From an uncultured cyanobacterium (GTDB lineage: Bacteria; Cyanobacteriota; Cyanobacteriia; PCC-6307; Cyanobiaceae), in the NCBI GenBank assembly GCA_963697335.1, contig CAVONQ010000001.1, forward strand, positions 21,243 to 85,242: a stretch of 64,000 bases of DNA, in the 5' to 3' direction. Positions within the stretch are counted from its first letter, which is position 1, and each line of letters starts with the position of its first letter. Below are positions 52,245-62,217 of this stretch, one piece after another. Below the pieces are notes generated by a model. The model was given only the letters and a program-made list of their open reading frames with translations. It made no database searches and was not told the origin of the DNA. The position numbers and the translations under genes were made by a program.

Positions 52245-53423
52245 ATGAAGGTGCTGGGGCTGATGAGCGGCACCAGTGCCGATGGCGTCGATGCGGTGCT
52301 GGCCAGCTTTGCTGGCCCCGCCGCCCGGCCGCGCTGGGAGCTGCTCAGCCGCGCGGCCGTGCCCTACCCCGCCGACCTGCGCCAGCGCCTGATCGCCTTG
52401 GGCCAGGGCGAGCCCTGCAGCGCTGCCGCCATCCTTGAACTGGCCGAAGCCGTCACGGGGATGCAGGCGGAAGCCGCTCTGGCCTGCGATCCCCACGGCC
52501 AGGCGGAGCTGGTGGGTTGCCACGGCCAGACGGTGTGGCACCGCCCGCCATCCCCTGGGCGCGAGGGCAACAGCTGGCAGCTGCTCGAGGCCTCCAGGCT
52601 GGCGGCCCAGCTCGGGCGACCGGTGGTGCACGACTTTCGCGCCGCCGACCTGGCCCTCGGCGGCCAGGGGGCCCCGCTGGTGCCTCCGGCCGACGCCGCC
52701 CTGCTGGGGCGCATCGACGGCTGGCGGGGGGTGCTCAACCTCGGCGGCATCGCCAATCTCACCCTGATCCCGCCGGCCCACGGTCCCGAGCGCCAAGCCA
52801 GCCTGCTGGGCTGGGACTGCGGCCCCGCCAACACCCTGGTGGACCTGGCGGTGGAGCGCTTCAGCGGCGGGCGCCTCAGCTTTGATGCCAGCGGCGCCTG
52901 GGCCAGCCGTGGCCACATCGACCACGCCGTACTGGAGACCTGGCTGAAGGAGCCCTATTTCCAGCAGCCCCCTCCCAAATCGACTGGGCGGGAACTGTTC
53001 GGCAGGCCTGATCTGGAGCGGCGGCTGCAGGATCTCAGGGTCTCAGCTGGCGGCCCCCCAGCCAGCAGCGCCCCGGCGGAACTGGAACCTGCTGATGTGC
53101 TCGCCAGCCTCACCGCCTTCAGTGCGGCGGCCGTGGCTCAGGAGCTGAGGCATGGCCCCCAGCCGGTGGAGCTGCTGCTGGCCGGCGGCGGCGCCCGCAA
53201 TCATCTGCTGGTGGCCCAGCTGCGGCAGCGCTGCCGTGGCGTCATCGTGAGACCTCTGGCCGATTTCGGCCTCCTGGACAGCGACCGCGAAGCGCTGGCC
53301 TTTGCCCTGCTGGCCTGGTGGAACCATCGGGGCCATCCCGGCAATGCCCCTGCGGTGACAGGTGCCCGGCGCTCCAGCCTGCTGGGGGTGTGGGTGCCTC
53401 CCCCAGGCTCAGCCCCCGGCTGA
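52245..53423 (+). CDS. anmK: Anhydro-N-acetylmuramic acid kinase
   Basis: Canonical AnmK N-terminus MKVLGLMSGTSADGVDAVL, with a length of about 390 aa. Confidence 0.9.
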   Translation: MKVLGLMSGTSADGVDAVLASFAGPAARPRWELLSRAAVPYPADLRQRLIALGQGEPCSAAAILELAEAVTGMQAEAALACDPHGQAELVGCHGQTVWHRPPSPGREGNSWQLLEASRLAAQLGRPVVHDFRAADLALGGQGAPLVPPADAALLGRIDGWRGVLNLGGIANLTLIPPAHGPERQASLLGWDCGPANTLVDLAVERFSGGRLSFDASGAWASRGHIDHAVLETWLKEPYFQQPPPKSTGRELFGRPDLERRLQDLRVSAGGPPASSAPAELEPADVLASLTAFSAAAVAQELRHGPQPVELLLAGGGARNHLLVAQLRQRCRGVIVRPLADFGLLDSDREALAFALLAWWNHRGHPGNAPAVTGARRSSLLGVWVPPPGSAPG

Positions 53424-53729
53424 AGGGCCCGGCCGCTGCAGGCGCAGCCGCTTCGGGGCGCCCCGAAGCCGTGCGGTGCGCCGCTGTCCCTGGGTCTCCA
53501 GCTGCTGGCGCAGGTCGTCGGCACTGACGGGGGCCTCGCCCTCGCTGCCGCGGCGGGCCTGCTCCAGTCGGGCCACCCCCTGCTGGATCAGCACCTTGGC
53601 CATGTTGCTCACGGTGCGGGAGTCCTGCTCGGCGAGGGCAGCCAGCCGCTGGCAGAGCTCCTCAGGCAACACCACCTGGATCCTGGGCGACTTGGGGCGC
53701 CCGCTGGAAGAGGTTTGCCGGGTCGGCAC
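53409..53729 (-). CDS. Ribbon-helix-helix (CopG/Arc/MetJ-type) DNA-binding protein
   Basis: RIQVVLPEELCQRLAALAEQDSRTVSNMAKVLIQQGV fits beta-strand/helix/helix RHH topology. A GTG start at 53729 is proposed. The longer 192-aa ORF extension looks non-coding. Confidence 0.55.
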   Translation of the reverse strand: MPTRQTSSSGRPKSPRIQVVLPEELCQRLAALAEQDSRTVSNMAKVLIQQGVARLEQARRGSEGEAPVSADDLRQQLETQGQRRTARLRGAPKRLRLQRPGPSAGG

Positions 53730-53850
53730 GCCAGGAAGCCAGACAGGGTGGGAGGAACCAGCGACTGGGGGGAGCCAGAGAGCGCACCCAGGGAGCGGGC
53801 CAGAGATGCCCCGGAGTTCCAGCCGGATCCTAATGGCAACTCTCAGGTGC

Positions 53851-53869
53851 GCATGGATAGTATCCATGC
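53851..53869. promoter_or_regulatory. Perfect 9+9 inverted repeat GCATGGATA-g-TATCCATGC (candidate operator) in a divergent intergenic region
   Basis: Read directly from the sequence. It lies between the RHH gene (start 53729) and the divergent 83-aa ORF (start 53920). A -10-like TAGTAT sits at its centre. Confidence 0.5.
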
Positions 53870-53919
53870 TTATGGTGGAGTCAGCCCATCCGTTCCCCGA
53901 TCCCCCGGGAGCTGGCCCC

Positions 53920-54171
53920 ATGCCCCAGAGCCGTAAGCGCCGCACCGCCGAACGCAGTGATGTGCTGGTGTCCGCCGTGATCAGCACCTACCTGCTCACC
54001 CACCTGCACCACGTGCTGCAACGGGCCGAGTACGGGGCCCAGCAGGAAGGCCGCACCGCCCTGGCCGACAACTACGCCGAGCTGCGCAAGGTGCTCTGCC
54101 TGGATGCCCGCACCATGGAAGACGCGTCCGCCTGCGGCACTCCCGTGAACGACAACCCCAAGGCCGCCTGA
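53920..54171 (+). CDS. Hypothetical protein (83 aa)
   Basis: ATG at 53920, divergent from the RHH gene. A basic N-terminus is followed by the hydrophobic helix VLVSAVISTYLLTHL. I recognise no family. Confidence 0.4.
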   Translation: MPQSRKRRTAERSDVLVSAVISTYLLTHLHHVLQRAEYGAQQEGRTALADNYAELRKVLCLDARTMEDASACGTPVNDNPKAA

Positions 54172-54264
54172 GGGCCCGCAGCCCAATCGCTTGGCAACAG
54201 GCCGCAACGGCCTCCTGCCGAATCGACTTGGCGTGCATAGGTTCGGAGCAGTTGGACCGTCGTC

Positions 54265-54528
54265 ATGGTCGAGAGCTCCATCAACACCGGCGAAGGGTCC
54301 GGAAACCACGCCAGAGCCCTGTATGAGCGCATCAGCGCCGACGCCGAGCTCACCCAGAAGCTCTTCCGCCAGGCCCTCCAGGATCCCAGCGGAGCCCTGG
54401 ATCAGATCGTGAGCCTTGGAGAGGAGTACGGCCTGCCGGTGAGCCGAGAGCAGGTCAAGGCCCATGTGGCGTCCCTGCAGGACGGCCCCAGCAAACAGTG
54501 GCTGCTCAAGGCCCGCGGTGGCCTCTGA
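54265..54528 (+). CDS. Nif11-like domain / Nif11-type leader-like peptide (87 aa)
   Basis: ALYERISADAELTQKLFRQALQDPSGALDQIVSLGEEYGLPVSREQVKAHV follows the Nif11 pattern (L..F.E....D..L..KL....D......IV.IA.E.GF......E). It ends ...KARGGL. Confidence 0.55.
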   Translation: MVESSINTGEGSGNHARALYERISADAELTQKLFRQALQDPSGALDQIVSLGEEYGLPVSREQVKAHVASLQDGPSKQWLLKARGGL

Positions 54529-54745
54529 GCCCCTGGGGCGTCGGCCTCGGATCGGCAAGCCCGGCTGACGGTTGCGCCAGTGCTGAAACCAGCATGGTCC
54601 GCTGCTGCGGCAGGGCCGAGCGCGGTGACTCGGCGGGGCGGCGGGCACCCCCTCCCTGGGCCCAGCTGAAGAACAGCCAGTAGCTCACGATCGCCAGGCC
54701 CGCCGCCACCACCAGCGCCGCCACCTGTTCCAGACGTCTGATCAT
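54506..54745 (-). CDS. Possible small membrane protein (79 aa)
   Basis: ATG followed by one strong TM segment (VAALVVAAGLAIVSYWLFFSW), with a low-complexity remainder. It overlaps the 3' end of the convergent Nif11-like gene by 23 nt. Confidence 0.25.
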   Translation of the reverse strand: MIRRLEQVAALVVAAGLAIVSYWLFFSWAQGGGARRPAESPRSALPQQRTMLVSALAQPSAGLADPRPTPQGLRGHRGP

Positions 54746-54930
54746 CGCGAAACCCTGCCGGCTCGATCAAGTCTGGCCGAGACGGCTGCGCTCAGGTGGA
54801 GGGCCCTGGGCGCGCTGCAGCGGGCAGGCAGCAAGGCAAAGGCTCCGCCGCCGCGGCAATGATGCGAAAGGATGAGGTGACGTCGCCCTTCCACCGGCGC
54901 CCGCCTGTCCCCCTCACCCCGCTCCGCCCC

Positions 54931-56664
<1,734 letters not shown>

Positions 56665-56792
56665 CGGCCCGCCGGCGCGTCCGACATAACAGGAAACGAG
56701 GACAACAAAGCCGCCCTGTTGCAACGGCTACGAGCAGGACTGAAACAGTTTGTAGCTTTGGCCTGGTCCATCGCCCCTTCGCGACGCCTGCC

Positions 56793-57020
56793 ATGTCGGA
56801 ACCCCTCTCCCTCAGCCTCGGTCAGCAATTCGAGCTGGAAAGGATGAGCCGTGCCATCGACGACACCGCCGACCTTCAGGCCCTGCAGGGGATTGCCAAG
56901 CAACTCCTGCAGGCCTGGCACAGCCAGAAGGCAGCCACCCAGTGGGTGATGCGTCAACAGCTGGGCGCCCCTTCCCAGTTCGGCGCCGGTCTGCCCAATC
57001 CGTGGGGTCAGGAGGCATGA
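56793..57020 (+). CDS. nblA: NblA-like phycobilisome degradation protein
   Basis: LSLSLGQQFELERMSRAIDDTADLQALQGIAKQLLQAWHSQKAATQWVMRQ aligns by eye with the S. elongatus NblA pattern FSLSVEQQFDLQKYRQQVRDISREDLEDLFIEVVRQKMAHENIFKGMIRQ. Confidence 0.55.
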   Translation: MSEPLSLSLGQQFELERMSRAIDDTADLQALQGIAKQLLQAWHSQKAATQWVMRQQLGAPSQFGAGLPNPWGQEA

Positions 57021-57044
57021 GTCGGACCAGCCGGGGCGGCGCTG

Positions 57045-58280
57045 TCAGGCTCCGCCCATCTGCACCGGCACCAGCGTCACCTTCCGGGTCTGCCCCTGGC
57101 GGCTGATGTTGAGGGTGAGCTGCCCGCCCACTCCGGCCCGCTCCACCGCAGCCACCACCTGGGATGGCTCCAGCACCGTTTCCCCACCGGCGGCCACCAC
57201 CACGTCACCCTGCTGCAGGCCAGCTCGCTCGGCAGGCCCGTCGGCCAGAACGGATGCCACCCGCACACCACTGTTCAGGCCCGACCCATCGCCTGGGCGC
57301 ACCAGATCCATGACGATGCCGATCATCGGATGGCTCACCTTGCCGGTGGCGAGCAGCTGTCTGGCGATGTCGCGGGCCCGGTTGATCGGAATCGCAAAGC
57401 CCAGACCCGCGCCTGGCCCCTGCCGCACGAGTGTGTTGATACCGATCACCTCACCGTCGGCGTTGAGCAGCGGTCCACCGGAGTTGCCGGGGTTGATGGC
57501 GGCATCGGTCTGGATCAGCTCCAGTCGCTTGTCGGTGATGCCCAGCTTGGCGGCGTTGCGGTTGAGGTTGCTGATGATCCCCATGGTCACCGTGTTGTCG
57601 AGGCCGTAGGGATTCCCCACCGCAATCGCCCAGTCACCCACCTGCAGCTCCTCTGAATCTCCGAGGGGGGCCACCGGCCAGGGGCCCCGACCGCCCAGCC
57701 GCACCACCGCCAGGTCCGTGAGGCGGTCGAGGCCCACCACAGTGCCCTCAACCCGCCGGCCGTCCTGCAATCCCACGGTCACCTTGTCGGTCTTCTCCAC
57801 CACATGGGCATTGGTGAGGATCAGGCCGTCAGGCTGGATGATGAAGCCGCTGCCCTGGCCCCGCTCGGTGCGCTGGGAAGGGGGGGCGGCCCGCTGCTGA
57901 GGCAGCCCGAAGAACTGGCGAAAGGCCGGATCGTTGAGCAGGGAGCTGGAGGAGCCACCCCGGCCGCCCTGCACCAGCACGGTGCGCTCGGTGTCGATCG
58001 TCACCACGGCGGGGCCGGCCCGACGCACGGCTGCGGCCACGAACGACTGCCGGCCCAGGGCCGCCCCGGCTGCCGATCCCCTGGACTGGGCGGCGGCGGC
58101 AGACAGAAGGCGCTCGCCGATGGGCGTCAGCCACCCCGACGGGGCGACCAGGGCCGCCAGCACCGACCCCGAAACCAGCAGAGAGGCGGTGAGACCCGGC
58201 AGAGCAGCCCCGGAGCGGCGGGCTCTGGCTCGAGCAGCCCGGGGGCGGGCGGGGATGGAACGCAGGCGCAGGTGGGCCAT
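57045..58280 (-). CDS. HtrA/DegP family serine protease with a C-terminal PDZ domain
   Basis: The catalytic triad contexts are TNAHVV, D...LAVV and GNSGGPLL. The PDZ segment shows [13 protein letters not shown]. Confidence 0.9.
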   Translation of the reverse strand: MAHLRLRSIPARPRAARARARRSGAALPGLTASLLVSGSVLAALVAPSGWLTPIGERLLSAAAAQSRGSAAGAALGRQSFVAAAVRRAGPAVVTIDTERTVLVQGGRGGSSSSLLNDPAFRQFFGLPQQRAAPPSQRTERGQGSGFIIQPDGLILTNAHVVEKTDKVTVGLQDGRRVEGTVVGLDRLTDLAVVRLGGRGPWPVAPLGDSEELQVGDWAIAVGNPYGLDNTVTMGIISNLNRNAAKLGITDKRLELIQTDAAINPGNSGGPLLNADGEVIGINTLVRQGPGAGLGFAIPINRARDIARQLLATGKVSHPMIGIVMDLVRPGDGSGLNSGVRVASVLADGPAERAGLQQGDVVVAAGGETVLEPSQVVAAVERAGVGGQLTLNISRQGQTRKVTLVPVQMGGA

Positions 58281-58477
58281 GGCGATCGGATCAGAACATC
58301 TGGGGGCGGTGAAGGCGGCTCGAGGCCAGCGGTGGGCCGGCCATCGATGGGAAGCGGTGAACCGACAGGAGATGACGCTTCAACCGTACGCAGGACAGCG
58401 GACGGAACGCCGCTCAACGCTCCAGACGCCGCAGCGCCACAACGCCGCCTAGATTAAGCAAAGATTTGTATCGAGCC

Positions 58478-58591
58478 ATGGACACCGAGCGGCTGCTACT
58501 CGCCTTTCTGACTTTCGGAGCTGCCTGCACCACCCTGTGGGCCTGGATGGTGGCCACCAGCGGGGCCAATTCCCGCCAATCCGGGCAATGA
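58478..58591 (+). CDS. Possible 37-aa membrane peptide
   Basis: MDTERLLLAFLTFGAACTTLWAWMVATSGANSRQSGQ is not in the supplied track. It follows an AT-rich, promoter-like stretch (agattaagcaaagatttgtatcg). Confidence 0.3.
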   Translation: MDTERLLLAFLTFGAACTTLWAWMVATSGANSRQSGQ

Positions 58592-58637
58592 TGGGGCAGA
58601 CGGTCCGTCCGAGTCCCACTTCAGCAGGCCCCAGGCC

Positions 58638-58940
58638 ATGAACGCGATCCTCTCCCAGATCTTCCCGATCCTCTACGGCATCTGTTTCCTGGCCCTGCTC
58701 TGGCAGGCCTTCCGGGTGATGGGCCAGGGCTTCAGGGCCGTCTCGGCCCCAGGGGATCGCCCCCCGGAACGCGCCAACGCTGGCGCCCCCTCCATCGCTG
58801 GGGCCACCGATCGCACGGGGCGGCTCACCATCCACCCCGAGCTGCTGGACGCCGAAGGCCAGCTCACGGATGAAGATCTGCTCACCGTTCGCTTCAGCGG
58901 CGACAATGAGCGCCCGGCCTTCCCGAGCGATCCCGGCTGA
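58638..58940 (+). CDS. Small membrane protein, DUF2973-like
   Basis: An N-terminal TM (ILSQIFPILYGICFLALLWQAF) is followed by a soluble acidic tail. The family assignment is from memory only. Confidence 0.45.
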   Translation: MNAILSQIFPILYGICFLALLWQAFRVMGQGFRAVSAPGDRPPERANAGAPSIAGATDRTGRLTIHPELLDAEGQLTDEDLLTVRFSGDNERPAFPSDPG

Positions 58941-58997
58941 GGCCGCGTCACTGAATAGGCTCACCGCTGAGCAAGTGATTTCAGGGAGGTCGAGCAT

Positions 58998-59381
58998 TTG
59001 GATCCACGCACGCGCATCGTGGCCGCACTGTTGCGGAATCTCAAGCTGCCTCCTCGCTTCCGCCTCAAGCTGGTGAAGGACGATCCGATCCGGCTGGAGC
59101 TGAGCGTCACCCCCGCCTATGGCAAGGCGCCGGTGCTGGTGGGCCTCGTGGAATCCCAGGACCTGGTGGCCCGGCGTGACAGGGAAGGCCGCATTCCCAG
59201 GGACCTGCAGGGCACCTGGGACTGGACGGTGCGGCACGGCAAGGTGAGCACCGGCGGCTGGAATCCCTATCTCAAAGAGGCCCTCCAGACGATGTTCGAA
59301 ACCGGGCTGCCCGCCGTGGTCTACGAGGAGCTCACCGGCGAGGCATACCACCCCGTGGACGGCGTGAGGCACGTGCGCTGA
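58998..59381 (+). CDS. Conserved-looking hypothetical protein (127 aa)
   Basis: TTG start. The ORF fills the gap before hrpB. I cannot assign a family with confidence. Confidence 0.45.
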   Translation: MDPRTRIVAALLRNLKLPPRFRLKLVKDDPIRLELSVTPAYGKAPVLVGLVESQDLVARRDREGRIPRDLQGTWDWTVRHGKVSTGGWNPYLKEALQTMFETGLPAVVYEELTGEAYHPVDGVRHVR

Positions 59382-59435
59382 CCCCGCAGGCTGCGATCCG
59401 CCCCCTTGGGAGGGTCGCCCTGGGGGGCTGAGCTG

Positions 59436-62003
59436 ATGGAGCCGTTGCCGATCGATGCGCTGCTGGGCAGCATCGAGGCCACCCTGGCCGCACCAGGCGC
59501 CACCCTGCTGCTGCAGGCCCCCCCGGGAGCTGGCAAGACCACCCGGGTGCCAGGGGTCGCGTTGCGCGCCCTGGGCCAGGCCGATGGCCCCGCCTCGCGG
59601 GTGTGGATGGTGGAGCCGCGGCGCCTGGCCGCCCGGGCCGCGGCCCAGCGGCTGGCTGCGGAGCTGGGCGAACCGGTGGGACAGCGAATCGGCTACAGCG
59701 TGAGGTTGGAGCGGCGCGTCAGCGCGGCCACCCGCATCGAGGTGCTCACCGGCGGCCTGTTCCTGCGCCGGCTCCAGGCCGATCCAGCCTTGGAGGGGGT
59801 GGGCTGCGTGGTGCTGGATGAGTTCCATGAGCGCCACGCCGACACCGATCTGGCCCTGGCCCTGGTGCGCCAGGCCCGGGAGCTGCTGACTCCCGACCTG
59901 CGCCTGGTGGTGATGTCTGCCACGCTCGAACTGGAGGCCCTGGCGGCCCAGATGCCCGAGGCCAGGGTGCTGCGCAGCGCCGGCCGCGGCCATCCGGTGA
60001 GCGTGGAGCACCAGGTTCCCCGCCCTGACGAGCCCCTGGCCCGGCAGGTGCTGCGTGCCCTCGAAAGCCAGGGCTGGCCGCAGCCCCAGCCCCCTGCTGC
60101 AGCCGACGCCGCGTTGGGCACCACGGCCCTGGTGTTCCTGCCTGGTCAGGCGGAGATCCACGCCTGCGGGCGGGCCCTTGAGGCCTGCGCCTGGGGTGAT
60201 GCCATCGACTGGGTGGCCCTGCACGGCAGCCTGTCCCTGGAGCAGCAGAGCGCCGCCATCGCTGCCGCCAGGCCAGGACGCCCCAAGGTGGTGCTGGCCA
60301 CCAGCCTTGCCGAGAGCTCCCTCACCATCGCCGGAGTGGGCCTGGTGATCGACGCTGGCCTCAGCCGCCGCAATCGCTTCGATCCGGGCACCGGCCTGGA
60401 CAGCCTGGTGACGCTGCCGGCCAGCCGGGCCAGTGCCGAGCAGCGCACCGGACGGGCCGGGAGACTGGGACCGGGGCACTGCGTGCGGCTCTGGTCCCCC
60501 GCCGAGCAGCAGCAACGCCCCGCCCACGACCCTCCCGCTCTGCTGGAGTCCGACCCCCTGCCCCTGGCCCTGCAGCTGGCCTGGTGGGGCGATCCCCTGG
60601 GCAGGGAGCTGGCCTGGCTCGATCCGCCACCCGCCGCGGCCCTGGCGGGGGCTCTGCAGCTGCTGAAACAGCTCCAGGCCATGGAGGCAGACGCCAGGCT
60701 GAGCCCCCACGGGCGCCGCCTGGCGGAGCTGGGCCTGCACCCCCGGCTCGGCCACATGCTGGTGGTGGCAGAGCAGTGGGGAGCCCAGGCCCTGGCCAGT
60801 GCCCTGGCCGTGCTGCTGAGCGAGCGCGACCCCCTCAGCCGCCAGGACGCCGGCAGTGATCTGCTCGTCCGGCTGGACTGGCTGCGCCGCCAGTCCAGCG
60901 GCCACCCCCTGCGCCGCCTCCAGGCCCAGTGGCTGCGCCAGGCCGCAGCGGACAACGCCTCGGATCCCGCCGTGGGCGTGCCCGGCCGGCCCGGCAACAA
61001 CCCCGGCGATGACGCCACCCTCACGGCCCACCTCGTGGCAGCCGCCTATCCGGAACGGCTCGCCCTGGCCCGGGCCGATGGCCGGGGCCGCTTCCTGCTG
61101 CGCAGCGGTCGGGGCGCCGCCCTTCACCCCCAGGACCCGCTGGTGGGGGAGCCAGCCCTGGCCGTGGCCGTGCTCGATGGCGCCCAACAGGATGCACGCA
61201 TCCTGTTGGCGGTGCCCCTGCCGCTGGAACAGCTGCACGCCCTGGCGGAGCAGCAGGGGCAGTGGCTGGAGCAGGCCCGTTGGGATGCCAGCGCCGGCAG
61301 GGTGCGCTGCGAGCGGACCCTGCAGCTCGACGCCCTGGTGCTGGAGAGCCGGCCCTGGTCCCAGCCCGATGCGGCGGCGGTGGCGGCCGCCCTGCAGGAG
61401 GGACTGCGCCAGCTGGGGCTGGCTGCCTTGCCCTGGACCGCGGCCACACGCCAGCTCCAACAGCGGCTCAACCTGGCCCACCAGCACCTGGGGGAGCCCT
61501 GGCCAGACCGACGGGACAGCCAGCTGCTGGAGCAGCTCGGCAGCTGGCTGGGGCCCTCCCTGGAGGGGATGCGCAGCCTCGACGACCTGCGCCAGCTCGA
61601 CCTGGCCGAGGCGCTCTGGGCAGAGCTCCCCTGGTCGCGGCGCCGCGAGCTGGATCGGCTGCTGCCCGGCAGCCTGACGCTGCCGACAGGGCGGCAGGTG
61701 CGGCTTGACTACAGCGGCGGAGCACCGGTGCTGGCGGCGAAACTGCAGGAGTTCTTCGGCTTGGCGGAGGGGCCAACCGTGCTCGGCGGCAGGCTGGCGG
61801 TGACCCTGCACCTGCTCAGTCCGGCGGGGCGACCAGCGGCAATCACATCGGATCTGGCCGGGTTCTGGGCGGGCGGCTATCGGGAGGTGCGCCGGGAGCT
61901 GCGCGGCCGCTATCCCAGGCATCCCTGGCCCGAGGACGGCGCCAGGGCCCAGCCCACCCGGCTCACCAAGGCAGCCCTAGGCCAGACTGGGCCCACGTCG
62001 TGA
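59436..62003 (+). CDS. hrpB: ATP-dependent RNA helicase HrpB (DEAH-box)
   Basis: Motif I is APPGAGKTT and motif II is VLDEFHER. TATLE-like is SATLE. The helicase C-domain shows TSLAESSLTI and QRTGRAGR, and the HrpB C-terminal domain shows YPRHPWPEDG. Confidence 0.9.
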   Translation: MEPLPIDALLGSIEATLAAPGATLLLQAPPGAGKTTRVPGVALRALGQADGPASRVWMVEPRRLAARAAAQRLAAELGEPVGQRIGYSVRLERRVSAATRIEVLTGGLFLRRLQADPALEGVGCVVLDEFHERHADTDLALALVRQARELLTPDLRLVVMSATLELEALAAQMPEARVLRSAGRGHPVSVEHQVPRPDEPLARQVLRALESQGWPQPQPPAAADAALGTTALVFLPGQAEIHACGRALEACAWGDAIDWVALHGSLSLEQQSAAIAAARPGRPKVVLATSLAESSLTIAGVGLVIDAGLSRRNRFDPGTGLDSLVTLPASRASAEQRTGRAGRLGPGHCVRLWSPAEQQQRPAHDPPALLESDPLPLALQLAWWGDPLGRELAWLDPPPAAALAGALQLLKQLQAMEADARLSPHGRRLAELGLHPRLGHMLVVAEQWGAQALASALAVLLSERDPLSRQDAGSDLLVRLDWLRRQSSGHPLRRLQAQWLRQAAADNASDPAVGVPGRPGNNPGDDATLTAHLVAAAYPERLALARADGRGRFLLRSGRGAALHPQDPLVGEPALAVAVLDGAQQDARILLAVPLPLEQLHALAEQQGQWLEQARWDASAGRVRCERTLQLDALVLESRPWSQPDAAAVAAALQEGLRQLGLAALPWTAATRQLQQRLNLAHQHLGEPWPDRRDSQLLEQLGSWLGPSLEGMRSLDDLRQLDLAEALWAELPWSRRRELDRLLPGSLTLPTGRQVRLDYSGGAPVLAAKLQEFFGLAEGPTVLGGRLAVTLHLLSPAGRPAAITSDLAGFWAGGYREVRRELRGRYPRHPWPEDGARAQPTRLTKAALGQTGPTS

Positions 62004-62018
62004 TGGGTGGTGGTGGCG

Positions 62019-62213
62019 ATGGCGCGATTCCTGGCCGGCCGGCCGCTGTTCCCGGGCAACCGGCGGGATGGATCCAGGCTGCTGAGCAGTGCCCTGGTGA
62101 TCTGCTGCATCGGTCTGGTACGGCTCGACCACCCCGCTGGCCAGCTGGTGGCCGTCCTGGCGGGCCTGGTGAGCCTCTATTGGTGGCGCTGTTACCAGCA
62201 CCTGCAGGCCTGA
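62019..62213 (+). CDS. Possible small membrane protein (64 aa)
   Basis: Fits exactly between the hrpB stop and the xseA start and has two hydrophobic stretches. GTG 62007 is the alternative start. Confidence 0.3.
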   Translation: MARFLAGRPLFPGNRRDGSRLLSSALVICCIGLVRLDHPAGQLVAVLAGLVSLYWWRCYQHLQA

Positions 62214-62217
62214 GCCG

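Noticed and set aside
53730-53987. N-terminal 86 codons of the 192-aa ORF containing the RHH domain.
   Set aside because: The extension has odd composition. It would swallow the divergent promoter and the 19-nt palindrome, and it would overlap the 83-aa gene's start. A GTG at 53729 gives a normal-sized RHH protein.
54265-54528. Interpreting the Nif11-like gene as part of an active lanthipeptide/prochlorosin system.
   Set aside because: The window contains no LanM-type synthetase, C39-peptidase ABC exporter or other modification gene. Only one residue follows the GG motif.
58449-61922. 1157-aa ORF on the minus strand.
   Set aside because: It lies entirely antisense to hrpB, whose DEAH-box helicase motifs are unambiguous. 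The product is Gly/Ala/Pro/Arg/Gln/Leu-rich with no motifs, the typical stop-poor shadow frame of high-GC DNA.
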